Source: Nitrospinales bacterium (GTDB lineage Bacteria; Nitrospinota; Nitrospinia; Nitrospinales; VA-1). Taken from it: a DNA stretch of 64,000 bases. The notes under the pieces are model-generated. The model made no database searches and was not told where the DNA came from. It worked only from the letters and a program-made list of their open reading frames with translations. The translations under genes and the position numbers were made by a program. The stretch is from the NCBI GenBank assembly GCA_965223345.1, contig CBDCWG010000012.1, positions 2,272,001 through 2,336,000 on the forward strand, given 5' to 3'. This document shows positions 38,427-48,294 of the stretch, piece after piece (within the stretch, counting starts at the first letter, position 1; each line of letters begins with the position of its first letter).

Positions 38427-39811
38427 TGTGTCCCCGCTGTCAGACGTTTCATTTTTCGTTTCAAACCGACCGACAAAAACATATTCGAAACCAGGTACAC
38501 GCAGGCGGTCGAAAGAGCGATTCCGGAAACCCCCATGAACTGCATGAACGTGTAGTTCAATACAATGTTCAGAGGAAAGGAGATCAGTGTCCCGTAAAAC
38601 AACAGCTGGTTGTACTTGAGAGATGAAATGAGCCGCACCTTCATGATCGACAGGATGTAAAACGGGATCTGCAATGCGTACATGGCCTGGATCTGGCCGA
38701 CGACCAGCGTGTCCCGGTCGGTGAACGCACCCCGTTCGAACAGCAGTCGAATCAGAGATTCCGAAAAATACATAAGCAGAAGGGTGACGGGAATCGAAAT
38801 CTGCAAAATCAAAAGGGAATATTTTTTCAGGGTGTCGGCGATGCCTTCCCAGTCTTTGCCGGCGGCCATTTTGGAAAAATAGGGCAGCGCGGCTGTGCCC
38901 AGTCCCATCGCGCCGATCGCAAGGACTGCGGAAGGGATGCGGTTCCCGTATCCCAGTGCGGCCACACTCCCCGCCTCCAGCATGGCCGCCATGGACTGAT
39001 CGACGAGGTCGGTGCTGACCATGATCATGGAGCCACCCAGAATGGGAAAGTACTGCTTGATGGCATTGCGAATCGGAGGCGTCAGCCCCGCCCAACGCGG
39101 GCGGAGTTTGACGTTTTTCTTTTTCAGTCCCCAGGCCAGCAGAAGCCCCTGACTGGCGAATCCGGCAAGGACTCCTAGCACCAGCGCGTAAATTCCAAGA
39201 GCCGGTGCGAAACCGACCAGGGAAACGATGATGGTGATGGAAATCAGCAAGGGAGAAAGCGCCACCAGAGTGAAGTTTTCTCCGGCGTTGAGGATGGAAC
39301 TGAATATCGTCGCCAGTCCATTGAGAATGATCACCGGAAGGAGAAAGTAAAACAGTTTTTGCGTCAGGGCCAGTTTCTCGGCGCCGAATCCGGATCCAAA
39401 AAATGGCAGCACTAAGGGAGAACACAGCGCCATCACCAGCGTCATCAACAAAAGAAATCCAATGCAAAGCGTCAGCATGCTGCCCGCCAGTTCCTGAGCC
39501 GCTTCCGGACTTTTATGATCCCTTTCCTGAATGTATGCGGGGATCACGGCGGCATTGAACGAACTGGTGACGATGGAGACTGTGAAAGAGGGCAGGATGT
39601 AGGCGATGAGATACGCATCCATCGCGTCGCTGGTGCCATAGGAATAGGCGACCACCAGTTCTTTGAACATGCCCAGTGCTTTGACGGCGACGGAACAGAG
39701 GGCGACAATGAGGGCCGCACCGAAAATTTTCCGGTTGGTGGACTGGTTGATCAACCGGTTCCAGTGATAGGTCAGGTTTTTCAAGCTGTAGGTGGCGGTT
39801 GATTCTGTCAT
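38423..39811 (-). CDS. murJ: MurJ/MviN-family (MOP superfamily) lipid-linked glycan flippase
   Basis: KELVVAYSYGTSDAMDAY, VDQSMAAML..GSV.ALGYG and LFERGAFT. Multiple TM segments. Confidence 0.85.
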   Translation of the reverse strand: MTESTATYSLKNLTYHWNRLINQSTNRKIFGAALIVALCSVAVKALGMFKELVVAYSYGTSDAMDAYLIAYILPSFTVSIVTSSFNAAVIPAYIQERDHKSPEAAQELAGSMLTLCIGFLLLMTLVMALCSPLVLPFFGSGFGAEKLALTQKLFYFLLPVIILNGLATIFSSILNAGENFTLVALSPLLISITIIVSLVGFAPALGIYALVLGVLAGFASQGLLLAWGLKKKNVKLRPRWAGLTPPIRNAIKQYFPILGGSMIMVSTDLVDQSMAAMLEAGSVAALGYGNRIPSAVLAIGAMGLGTAALPYFSKMAAGKDWEGIADTLKKYSLLILQISIPVTLLLMYFSESLIRLLFERGAFTDRDTLVVGQIQAMYALQIPFYILSIMKVRLISSLKYNQLLFYGTLISFPLNIVLNYTFMQFMGVSGIALSTACVYLVSNMFLSVGLKRKMKRLTAGTQ

Positions 39812-40129
39812 GCAAAGACCGGACTGATGGTTGTGTATGAGGGCGTGGCGGGGTTTTTGGGACCGGCGAATTTTTCGCCGTGCCTGTCCTTAAAAAAGGA
39901 CTCTGTTCCAACTCCCCCTTTAAACCGCCCCTTGTCAAAGATTTTCAAGGAATGTTGAGAAATACAGTGTAATCCCAAAACCGAATTCCGCAAATGATCT
40001 CCATCCCTGCTTGTCGAGGAAATGTTTGTAATTATAATGCCAATCTAATATTGGGAATTGATTGAGGTTTTGTAACGTTTTGTTGACAGATCGCCGCGGG
40101 CAGGGGATCGCCAGTCGTTGGGTTGCTGG

Positions 40130-40158
40130 ATTTTACTAGATTTACATTTCCAGGGCAA
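40130..40158 (-). promoter_or_regulatory. Sigma70-like promoter for the murJ-GT operon with a TGTAAATCTA motif in the spacer
   Basis: Minus strand TTGCCC-N17-TAAAAT. Motif at 40137-40146. Confidence 0.5.
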
Positions 40159-40522
40159 AAGAAGTATAATCCATTGAAAAATAAGGGGTAACTTTGGAGG
40201 CCTTTGCCGTTCCTGCAAGGGATTTCGATGACCTAAGAATACAGGAAACGAAGAAAAAATGTCAATCGAATATGGGGCGATTATTCGAACTCGGAAAGTG
40301 GATTTCTGCCTAAAAATCCGCTCCGAAGGTCCCAGGGGCAGCAAAGCAGCGAAAACGGCCAACACAGAGGGTTGCGGGCGGCTCAGAGGGGGAGTAAGGC
40401 GGAACGCAGCCTTGCTCTGCACGGTGGCGTTATCCGGAAACGGGCTATGGAAGGGGCGGGGTTTTTGCTGGGATTGAGGGGCGATTATCGAAATGAGGCG
40501 TCCCCGGATCGACCGCACCGGT

Positions 40523-41509
40523 TCATCGTCTCTTTTGCGCCGTGATGAAAATCCCCGAAACCGCCAGATCCTCCGCATCCAGATTGCGGAACGGTTTGCA
40601 GAACCCTTGCCGGTACTTTTCCACATATTGCAAGGCCTTTTGCCTCAGGCCCGGATCGATATCTTCAAATTTTCGATGCGGGTTTATTTCGCCCACCCCC
40701 ACCAGACGGGTCACCAATATGGAGAAATCGCTCAAGTCCGTCTTTCTCAGCTTCTCCAGTAAATTTCTGTAATGATGGGTGAGAATCCTGTTGGGGCGGC
40801 CCACCTCCCGGGCAAAAAAATTCCAGACGCAGGAGGGGATTCTGAGAAAAGACAATTCGGGAAGCTGGCGGGAAAAGGCGCCGTGATCGCGAAGGTCCAC
40901 TTTGTGGGCGATTTTACCGCCCGGATTCAGACAACGCACGCCGTCCCGGAGTGCGTCCAGGGGATTGTACAGATGCTCGAATACGGCCCTGGAAACGATG
41001 AAATCGTATTTGGGCTGGCGATGTTTGGCGCACTCTTCGAAGTAGATTTCCGACGCCTGGCCGCAATGCCAGGCAAGCCCTCTGATGTGTTCGTCGTCCC
41101 AGTCTGTTCCCTGCCGGAATCGTTCGAGGTCGTGGTTGTTAGAAAGTTGCTGGTAAATCAGTGCGTGTTTCTTTACATCGCGTTTGGGGGGGAAACGATC
41201 GACCAGATCGATTTTTTGGCAGCCGGCCTTGAGAATCAACAGGGCAACTCCGGCGTTGTTCCCTGGCCCCACTTCTGCGACCCTGCCATGAAATTCAGGG
41301 TTTTTTAAGTATTTCTTGTAATCATCGAAGACTTCTTCGATGTATGCGATCGATTCTTTAACTTGCAGGGATTTGTGTTTTTCGGCGGAAAACGTTTGCT
41401 GCATTCCTAGCGAACAGAGGAGTCGGCGCTTGATTTCGTTCGCCAGCAGAGCGGCCAGCTTGATGTGGAAATGGGCGTGAATGTATTGTCTTACAGGTGG
41501 AGGAATCAT
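40523..41509 (-). CDS. Class I SAM-dependent methyltransferase
   Basis: VAEVGPG, YDFIVSRAVFEH, LNPGG and HKVDLRDH. Likely start 41509 (ORF open to 41563). Confidence 0.82.
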   Translation of the reverse strand: MIPPPVRQYIHAHFHIKLAALLANEIKRRLLCSLGMQQTFSAEKHKSLQVKESIAYIEEVFDDYKKYLKNPEFHGRVAEVGPGNNAGVALLILKAGCQKIDLVDRFPPKRDVKKHALIYQQLSNNHDLERFRQGTDWDDEHIRGLAWHCGQASEIYFEECAKHRQPKYDFIVSRAVFEHLYNPLDALRDGVRCLNPGGKIAHKVDLRDHGAFSRQLPELSFLRIPSCVWNFFAREVGRPNRILTHHYRNLLEKLRKTDLSDFSILVTRLVGVGEINPHRKFEDIDPGLRQKALQYVEKYRQGFCKPFRNLDAEDLAVSGIFITAQKRR

Positions 41510-41678
41510 ACGGCTCCCATCGGCGCATCCGAATCGCTCGTCAACGCTCGCTGAAAAATTCACTCAAGGAGGCTTGTTTCCTAACCTACCGCGAAATCAT
41601 CTGGATTGAATCGTTATTTTCTCGGTTTTTTCCCTTTATGCTGATTTGAAAAAAACTTTCATCCTGAAACCCGTAAGA

Positions 41679-41703
41679 CGTCCTCCCCGCGAGGGGGAGG
41701 ACG
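41679..41703 (-). terminator. Hairpin immediately downstream of ugd
   Basis: CGTCCTCCCC-N5-GGGGAGGACG stem with a weak U-tract. Confidence 0.5.
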
Positions 41704-41709
41704 GCTGTT

Positions 41710-43098
41710 TTAGAAATGCCGGAGCGCCGGTTTGCCCACCGGAAAGACGTTGAACCCGATTTCAAACAGTTCCTGATGATTCAGGTGGTTGCGGCCGTCA
41801 AACACGAAGGCTGGCTTGGCCATGGATTTGTAAATCCGCTCGAAGTCCAGTCCGCGGTACTGTTCCCAGCCGGTCATCAAGGCGATGGCATGCGCGCCTT
41901 CAGCGGCTTTGTACGGATCCTCGATGTATTCCACATTGTCCAGACCCTGCATGTCCTTTTTGGCATTTTCCAGCGCGTGCGGGTCGGTGATGGTCAGATG
42001 GGCTTTTTCCTCCAGCAGGCGCTTGCCGATATAGATCGCCGGCGTGTCGCGCGTGTCACCCGTATCCGGTTTGAACGCGAACCCGAAGAGGGCGACTTTT
42101 TTGCCCACCAGCGTGTTGAACATGCTGCTGAGGATGCGTTTCACGAAACGGTCCACCTGGTAATCGTTGATCGCGATGACCTGTCTCCAGAACTCGGCGA
42201 CTTCGTTCAGCTGGTAGTGCTCGCACAGGTACACCAGGTTGAGGATGTCCTTGCGGAAGCAGGACCCGCCGAAGCCGACGCCGGCGTTCAGGAATTTGTC
42301 GCTGATGCGGGAGTCCTTGCCCACGGCGCGGGAAACCTCCTGCACATCGGCTTCCGTCACTTCGCAGATCGAGGCGATGCTGTTGATGGAGGAGATGCGC
42401 TGGGCAAGGAACGCGTTGGAAGCGAGTTTGGAGAGCTCGCTGCTCCAGACGTTGGTGGTGATGAGTTTTTCCCTGGGAATCCAATTGAGGTAGATGTCCA
42501 GAAGCTGGTCGCGGGCGGCGATGCCGCTGGGGCTTTCGTTGGAGCCGATCAGAATGCGGTCGGGGTTTTCCATGTCGGAGATGGCGGTGCCTTCCGCCAT
42601 GAACTCGGGATTGGAAAGGATTTCGAATTTGACGCCGTTGCTGCCGGAATGCAGGATGGTTTTCAGCGTCTCGGCGTTGCGCACCGGCAGGGTGCTCTTC
42701 TCGATGACGATTTTGTCCGAGCGGGAGTTTTCCTTGATGCGGCGGGCGGTTTTCTCGACAAACTGCAGATCCACGGCTTTGCCCTTGCCCTCGCCGAACG
42801 TTTTGGTGGGCGTGTTGACGGACACGAAAATCATGTCGGCTTCGTCGATTTCCTTGTCGATATCGGTGGAGAAGAACAGGTTTTTCCCGCGCACTTTCTC
42901 GACCCGGTCCTTAAGGCCCGGTTCGAATATGGGCAGCCGGTCCGAGTTCCAGGCGTCGATCCGCTCCTGGGAAATGTCCACCACGGTGACTTTGTGGTCG
43001 GGGCATTTGTTGGCAATCACCGTCATCGTGGGGCCTCCCACGTAACCGGCGCCGACACATACGATTTTCTTTGAAAATTCCTTGTTCTCCATCGTCAT
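41710..43098 (-). CDS. ugd: UDP-glucose 6-dehydrogenase
   Basis: GAGYVGG, EKSTLP, SNPEF, GFGGSCF and AFKPDTGDTR. Confidence 0.95.
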   Translation of the reverse strand: MTMENKEFSKKIVCVGAGYVGGPTMTVIANKCPDHKVTVVDISQERIDAWNSDRLPIFEPGLKDRVEKVRGKNLFFSTDIDKEIDEADMIFVSVNTPTKTFGEGKGKAVDLQFVEKTARRIKENSRSDKIVIEKSTLPVRNAETLKTILHSGSNGVKFEILSNPEFMAEGTAISDMENPDRILIGSNESPSGIAARDQLLDIYLNWIPREKLITTNVWSSELSKLASNAFLAQRISSINSIASICEVTEADVQEVSRAVGKDSRISDKFLNAGVGFGGSCFRKDILNLVYLCEHYQLNEVAEFWRQVIAINDYQVDRFVKRILSSMFNTLVGKKVALFGFAFKPDTGDTRDTPAIYIGKRLLEEKAHLTITDPHALENAKKDMQGLDNVEYIEDPYKAAEGAHAIALMTGWEQYRGLDFERIYKSMAKPAFVFDGRNHLNHQELFEIGFNVFPVGKPALRHF

Positions 43099-43450
43099 CC
43101 TCTGAAATGATTGAAGGCTCTATTTATAAAAAAGGGTCGTGGTTTGCAGGGTCTCAGGCCTGTTTACATGTCTGCGGAATCGCAGGCCCGGCAGTCTCCT
43201 AGCAGCGAGTATAGATTGCGGGTATCACGCGCGGATCAAGCGAACGTCACAACCTTGTCACTATTCAGCGCGGTCCCGGGCCTCCCTGGAACCGTCAGGA
43301 AGTGCTTAAATCGCCAGCGGATTCAACTGCGGATCCCCGGCTCGCAACGGCAATGTTTGCTTTCAGATCACCGGGGAGCGTGGTATATTCCGGCGGATCG
43401 GTTCCGAAACCCGCTTTGCGGCAAAGGCCGGATTGCGTCTTCCGTTTTGA

Positions 43451-44986
43451 ATGCGCTTTATTCCAAAGTTAAGCTTCACATCCCGCAAGATCAAGCCCTA
43501 CTTGAGCGAAAGATCGGTTGCGCCGGAGGAAGGATTGTTTAACAAGTTGATATCCTTGATCGGGTGGCTGGCAGGCTGCCTTGTCTTTATTTTTTTCCTG
43601 ACCGGCTGCGACAAGAAGATGTCCCAGTCGAAACTGGAAGCGCGTTCCCTGCAGGAAAACCCCGGCTCCGGAAGCGCCCGGTCGGGGATTTTCGCCGAAT
43701 CGTTCCTCTCCATCCTCCCCGGAAAAACCGGGTTCGGGATGGACACCCCCGCAGGCAGCGGCCCCGAACGAGCCGGAGGGACCGTCGTCCACGTCACCAG
43801 CCTGGCCGACTCAGGCTCCGGCACCTTGAGAGAAGCGCTCGCCACCGATGGGGCGCGGATCGTCGTGTTCGATGTTTCCGGATACATCGAACTCAAAACG
43901 GTGCTCAAGGTCGAGCATCCCTACCTGACCATCGCAGGGCAGACCGCACCCTCGCCCGGAATCACCCTCAAGGGAGCGGGCATCGAGATCAACAGCCACG
44001 ACGTGTTGATCCAGCACATCCGCGTGCGGGTCGGGGACGCCGAGGAAGGGCCTTCCCCATCTGTCCGCGGCGGCATCGGGGTTTACGATTTTCCCGACGA
44101 AGAGGATGTGTACAACGTCGTCATCGATCATGTTTCGGTGAGCTGGGCCGTCGATCAGAATTTCGACACCTGGTACGAGGGCGTGCACGATGTCACCATT
44201 TCCAACAGCATCAGCAGTGAGGCGCTGTGGCATTCCATTCACCCCAAGGGCCCCCACTCGAAAGGCATGCTGGTCGGCTACGGGACGCACAATCTCTCGG
44301 TGATCGGCAATCTGTTCGCGCACAATGACCAGAGAAACCCGAACGTGCACGGCAACACCAGCATTCTTTTCGTCAACAACCTCATCTACAACTGGTACGG
44401 TTCGCATCCGGTGCGGGCCGCAGGCGGATTCGGGTCCGATTACGGCCCTTTCGACGCCACGCTGGTCGGCAACGTCTACCTGCGGGGCAAAGACACCGTC
44501 AAGGGCGGCAGAAAAAGCATTCCCATCGAAGTGGATGAAGACACCGCGGATGAGTCCCGCATGTACATCCGGGACAACTGGGTCGATCAACGCGCCTTCG
44601 ATTCGTGGGATATCGTCAAGATGCTGGCCGACGACGACGTGCGGGTAGACACGCCGCCGGTGTGGATTCCGGCATTGCAAATCAAACGCAGCGCACATGT
44701 GCCCCGCCTGATTTTCGAGAGCGTGGGAGCCCGGCCGGCGGACCGGGATGCGGTCGATCGGCGTATCCTGACCGATGTGAAGCGGATTTCCGGGCGCATC
44801 ATCGACAGCCCCAAACAGGTCGGGGGCTGGCCGCCTCTGGCTCACAACGTGCGCGGAAAAGGCGGGGTTCCCAAACTGAATATTCCTTCCCAGAAAATCC
44901 AGCCGAGCGGCTACACGCAGCTTGAGGAATGGCTGCACTCCCTGTCTCACAAGGTCGAGAGACCTCCCATGCTGCCGGAACGCTGA
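43451..44986 (+). CDS. Pectate lyase-like (PL1, parallel beta-helix) lipoprotein
   Basis: HVTSLADSGSGTLREA, IVVFDVSG, TIAGQTAP, VIDHVSVSW and RNP. Lipobox FLTGC. Probable TTG start at 43535 after GGAGG. Confidence 0.85.
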   Translation: MRFIPKLSFTSRKIKPYLSERSVAPEEGLFNKLISLIGWLAGCLVFIFFLTGCDKKMSQSKLEARSLQENPGSGSARSGIFAESFLSILPGKTGFGMDTPAGSGPERAGGTVVHVTSLADSGSGTLREALATDGARIVVFDVSGYIELKTVLKVEHPYLTIAGQTAPSPGITLKGAGIEINSHDVLIQHIRVRVGDAEEGPSPSVRGGIGVYDFPDEEDVYNVVIDHVSVSWAVDQNFDTWYEGVHDVTISNSISSEALWHSIHPKGPHSKGMLVGYGTHNLSVIGNLFAHNDQRNPNVHGNTSILFVNNLIYNWYGSHPVRAAGGFGSDYGPFDATLVGNVYLRGKDTVKGGRKSIPIEVDEDTADESRMYIRDNWVDQRAFDSWDIVKMLADDDVRVDTPPVWIPALQIKRSAHVPRLIFESVGARPADRDAVDRRILTDVKRISGRIIDSPKQVGGWPPLAHNVRGKGGVPKLNIPSQKIQPSGYTQLEEWLHSLSHKVERPPMLPER

Positions 44987-45003
44987 CGCGTGTGCGCCTG
45001 GTT

Positions 45004-45987
45004 TCAGACCCCGTGCAGTTTGCGGCGCGCCATCCCGGTGAGGCGATCCATCGCGTTAGAGAATTTGGAGTGGTCGATCAGGTACACCAGGTAGCCCACC
45101 GGCATCATGATCGCCCACAGGACTTTGGAAAATCCCTTGTTCACGGATTTCGACAACTGCACCACTCTCTCGCCCGCGTGCTTGGCGTAGCGGGTGTAGA
45201 GGAATGCGGAGATGAAAAACGTGTGCGGCGAATGCCGGAACCAGCGGATGCCGTCGTTGAGGATGGTGAGGTTGCGCATGGCCCGCGCCTTGGAATTTTT
45301 GTGCGGCGGCGTCGGCAAAGACATCTGATCCGCCCGGCCGTCCTCGGCGATGTAGTAGATGCGCAGCTGCTCGTTGACGTAGCGGGTCTGGTACTTTCGC
45401 GCGATCGTGATCCAGATCGAACCCGGCAGCATGTGCACGCCGTTCTTCAGGTCGGGGAAGGGGTACTGGCGCAGCACTTCCACCCGCTGCATGCCCCACT
45501 TCTCACCCTTGATTTTGTATTTGAAGGAATTCTCGCCGGAGTTGGAGTCGAACACATCCCTGGGATAGGGATCGCCCACCAGTTTGCCGTTCTGGTCCTT
45601 GCACAAGGCCGTGACGCCGATGAACTTGTCCTTGTCGGCGTCGGGGATGTCCTCCCAGTGCTTGAGCAGCCGCTCCAGCCCTTCCGGGACGATGGCGTCG
45701 TCGGAATCCAGGTTGGTCAGGAAGCGCCCGCGCGCTTCGGCGACGCCACGGTTCCAGGCGATGTGCCAGCCGGTGTTGTGTTCCCAGGAAAAATGGCGGA
45801 TGGGAAAGTCGGCTTCCTGTTTCCACTTCTCCACCAGTTCGTCGGTGTTGTCGGTGGAACCGTTGTTCATGATGACCCACTCAAAATCCCGGAAGGTCTG
45901 GGCCTTGAGGCTGTCGTACACGCGGTGCAGGCAGAACGCACGGTTGTAGGAGCAGGTGAACACGGTGATGGTGTGGTCGTAACTCAT
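45004..45987 (-). CDS. Glycosyltransferase family 2
   Basis: TVFTCSYNRA, NNGSTDNT and LDSDD. Confidence 0.92.
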   Translation of the reverse strand: MSYDHTITVFTCSYNRAFCLHRVYDSLKAQTFRDFEWVIMNNGSTDNTDELVEKWKQEADFPIRHFSWEHNTGWHIAWNRGVAEARGRFLTNLDSDDAIVPEGLERLLKHWEDIPDADKDKFIGVTALCKDQNGKLVGDPYPRDVFDSNSGENSFKYKIKGEKWGMQRVEVLRQYPFPDLKNGVHMLPGSIWITIARKYQTRYVNEQLRIYYIAEDGRADQMSLPTPPHKNSKARAMRNLTILNDGIRWFRHSPHTFFISAFLYTRYAKHAGERVVQLSKSVNKGFSKVLWAIMMPVGYLVYLIDHSKFSNAMDRLTGMARRKLHGV

Positions 45988-46046
45988 GACTCAATCTCCT
46001 TTGCTCCCCCCGGGCCAATTTGATGTTGATGGATTGCCATCGATTG

Positions 46047-47075
46047 TTATTTCAGAACGGTTGAATTTTTTACGGAGTAATAGGACGTAAACCATTCGAC
46101 GAAACGTTTGACGCCCTCGTGAATATTGAACTTGGGTCTGTAACCGAAATCCTCGATCAGGCCGGAAACGTCCGCGTGCGATTTGTGAAAGTCGCCGAGC
46201 TGAAACGGCATCATGTTCAGCTGGGCTTTCACACCCAGGTTTTTCTCGATCTCGCGGATGAAGTCCATCAGCTTGACCGGAGAGTTGGAACCGATGTTGT
46301 ACAGCCGGAACGGCGCCGACGAGGTGCAGGGATTGGGCGCGGTCTCGTCCCATTCCGGATCCGGCTCGGCCACTTTCTGCACCACGCGGATCACGCCTTC
46401 GACGATGTCGTCGATGTAGGTGAAATCGCGGATCATGTTGCCGTGGTTGAACACGTCGATGGGTTTGTCCTCAAGGATGTTCTTGGTGAACAGGAACAGA
46501 GCCATATCCGGACGGCCCCACGGCCCGTACACGGTGAAAAAACGCAGTCCCGTGACGGGCAGGTTGAACAGGTGCGCGTAGGAATGCGCCATCATCTCGT
46601 TGTCCTTCTTGGTGGCCGCATACAGGGAGACCGGATGGTTGGCGCCGTCCTGCACGGAAAACGGGTATTTCTTGTTCAACCCGTACACCGAGCTGGTGGA
46701 GGCGAACACCAGATGTTCCACCTGATGGTGGCGGCAGCCTTCGAGAATGTTGAGCGTGCCCACCACATTGCTCTGGATATAGGTGTGCGGGGCCTGCAGA
46801 GAATAACGGACGCCCGCCTGCGCTCCCAGATGGATGACCCGCTGCGGTTTTTCCTTGTTGAACAGCTTGGCCACCGCCGCCTGATCGGACAGGTCGTCCT
46901 TGTAGAACGTGAAATCGGAAAATTCTTTCAGCAGTTTCAGCCGGGACTTTTTCAGCTCGACGGAGTAGTACTTGTTCATGTTGTCGAGGCCCACCACTTC
47001 GTGTCCCATACCCAATAGGCGTTTCGCTGTGTGAAAACCGATGAATCCCGCTGCGCCTGTGACAAGAATTTTCAT
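46047..47075 (-). CDS. UDP-glucuronate 4-epimerase-like NAD-dependent epimerase
   Basis: TGAAGFIG, AQAGVRYS, YAATKK, FFTVYGPWGRPDMA and RDFTYIDD. Confidence 0.92.
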   Translation of the reverse strand: MKILVTGAAGFIGFHTAKRLLGMGHEVVGLDNMNKYYSVELKKSRLKLLKEFSDFTFYKDDLSDQAAVAKLFNKEKPQRVIHLGAQAGVRYSLQAPHTYIQSNVVGTLNILEGCRHHQVEHLVFASTSSVYGLNKKYPFSVQDGANHPVSLYAATKKDNEMMAHSYAHLFNLPVTGLRFFTVYGPWGRPDMALFLFTKNILEDKPIDVFNHGNMIRDFTYIDDIVEGVIRVVQKVAEPDPEWDETAPNPCTSSAPFRLYNIGSNSPVKLMDFIREIEKNLGVKAQLNMMPFQLGDFHKSHADVSGLIEDFGYRPKFNIHEGVKRFVEWFTSYYSVKNSTVLK

Positions 47076-47135
47076 AAACCTGTTCTCTCCAAAAATGAAC
47101 GATTGAGGTTCGCCGCGGGGCGAACCCCGGTGGCA

Positions 47136-48275
47136 CTATTCGTTGTAGAACGCCTTGATCGTCTGCACCACGTATTCCTGCTGCTCGGCGGTCATGCCGG
47201 GGTAAACCGGCAGCGCCAGCGTTTCGCGGCAGGCGGTTTCCGCCTCGGGGAAATCCCCTTCCTTGTAGCCCAGATAACCGAAGCAGTCCTGCAGGTGGAA
47301 GGGAACCGGGTAGTACACCTCGGTGCCGATCCCCTGATCTTTCATATGAGCGCGCAGAGCGTCGCGATCCTGCACGCGGATCACATACTGATTGTAGATG
47401 TGATGATTGAGCACCTTGGAATCGGCGTACACCGTCTGCGGAACCTTCACACGGCCGGTTTCGATCAGACAGTTGTCCTGAAACAGCCGGTCGTAGCGGC
47501 CGGCGTTTTCCCGGCGTGCGGCGTTCCAGGACTCCAGGTGGTCGAGCTTCACGTCCAGCACGGCGGCCTGCAGGCTGTCCAGGCGGAAATTGCCGCCGAT
47601 GAGCTTGTGGTAATACTTGGGACGGCTTCCGTGCACTCTGAGAATGCGGATCCTGTCTTCCAGTTCCGCATCGTTGGTGACGACCATGCCGCCGTCGCCG
47701 AAGCCGCCGAGGTTTTTGGTCGGGAAAAACGAAAAGCAGCCGAGATCGCCGAGGTTGCCGGTTTTTCGGCCGTCCTTGTATTGCGCGCCCAAAGACTGGG
47801 CGGCGTCCTCCACCACTTTCAGGTTGTGCTTGCGCGCGATCTCGACGATGCGCTCGCTGTCGGCGCACTGGCCGTACAGGTGCACGGGAAGGATCACTTT
47901 GGTTTTTTCCGAGATGGCCGCTTCGATTTTTTCCGGGTCGATGTTGTAGGTCACCGGATCGATGTCCACGAACACCGGTTTGGCTCCCAGCCGGGAGACG
48001 CAGCCCGCCGTCGCGAAAAAGGAAAACGGCGTGGTGATGACTTCGTCGCCGGGCTTCACGTCCAGCCCCATGAGCGAGATGAGCAGGGCGTCGGTGCCGG
48101 AGGAGACGCCGATCGCGAATTTCGTGCCGCAATAGTCGGCGATTTTTTTCTCGAAGTTCTGCACTTCCGCGCCGAGGATGAACGCGTTTTTCTTGATGAT
48201 CCGTGTGATCGCCTGGGACAGTTCCCCTTCGATGGGGTCGTGCTGCAGGCTCAAATCCAGTAAAGGTATATTCAT
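47136..48275 (-). CDS. wbpE: WbpE-like 3-oxo-sugar aminotransferase (DegT family)
   Basis: Start MNIPLLDL. Motifs SSGTDAL, EDAAQS, SFFPTKNLGGFGDGG and RLDSLQAA. Directly after the WbpB/WbpD fusion. Confidence 0.85.
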   Translation of the reverse strand: MNIPLLDLSLQHDPIEGELSQAITRIIKKNAFILGAEVQNFEKKIADYCGTKFAIGVSSGTDALLISLMGLDVKPGDEVITTPFSFFATAGCVSRLGAKPVFVDIDPVTYNIDPEKIEAAISEKTKVILPVHLYGQCADSERIVEIARKHNLKVVEDAAQSLGAQYKDGRKTGNLGDLGCFSFFPTKNLGGFGDGGMVVTNDAELEDRIRILRVHGSRPKYYHKLIGGNFRLDSLQAAVLDVKLDHLESWNAARRENAGRYDRLFQDNCLIETGRVKVPQTVYADSKVLNHHIYNQYVIRVQDRDALRAHMKDQGIGTEVYYPVPFHLQDCFGYLGYKEGDFPEAETACRETLALPVYPGMTAEQQEYVVQTIKAFYNE

Positions 48276-48294
48276 TGCCACTGTGCCACTCTTT

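Noticed and set aside
37311..39467. Apparent 718-aa GT4 with a long N-terminal extension (likewise 27798-29201, 35418-36809, 47136-48668)
   Set aside because: The extensions overlap the upstream gene in another frame and look non-coding. Natural starts exist at ATGA overlaps or RBS sites, so no fusion or frameshift is needed.
40026..40042. Sigma54-like TGGCATT-ATAA-TTACA on the minus strand upstream of murJ (and TGGCATC-CTGA-TTCCA near 23727-23742)
   Set aside because: Both lack the conserved -12 GC dinucleotide.
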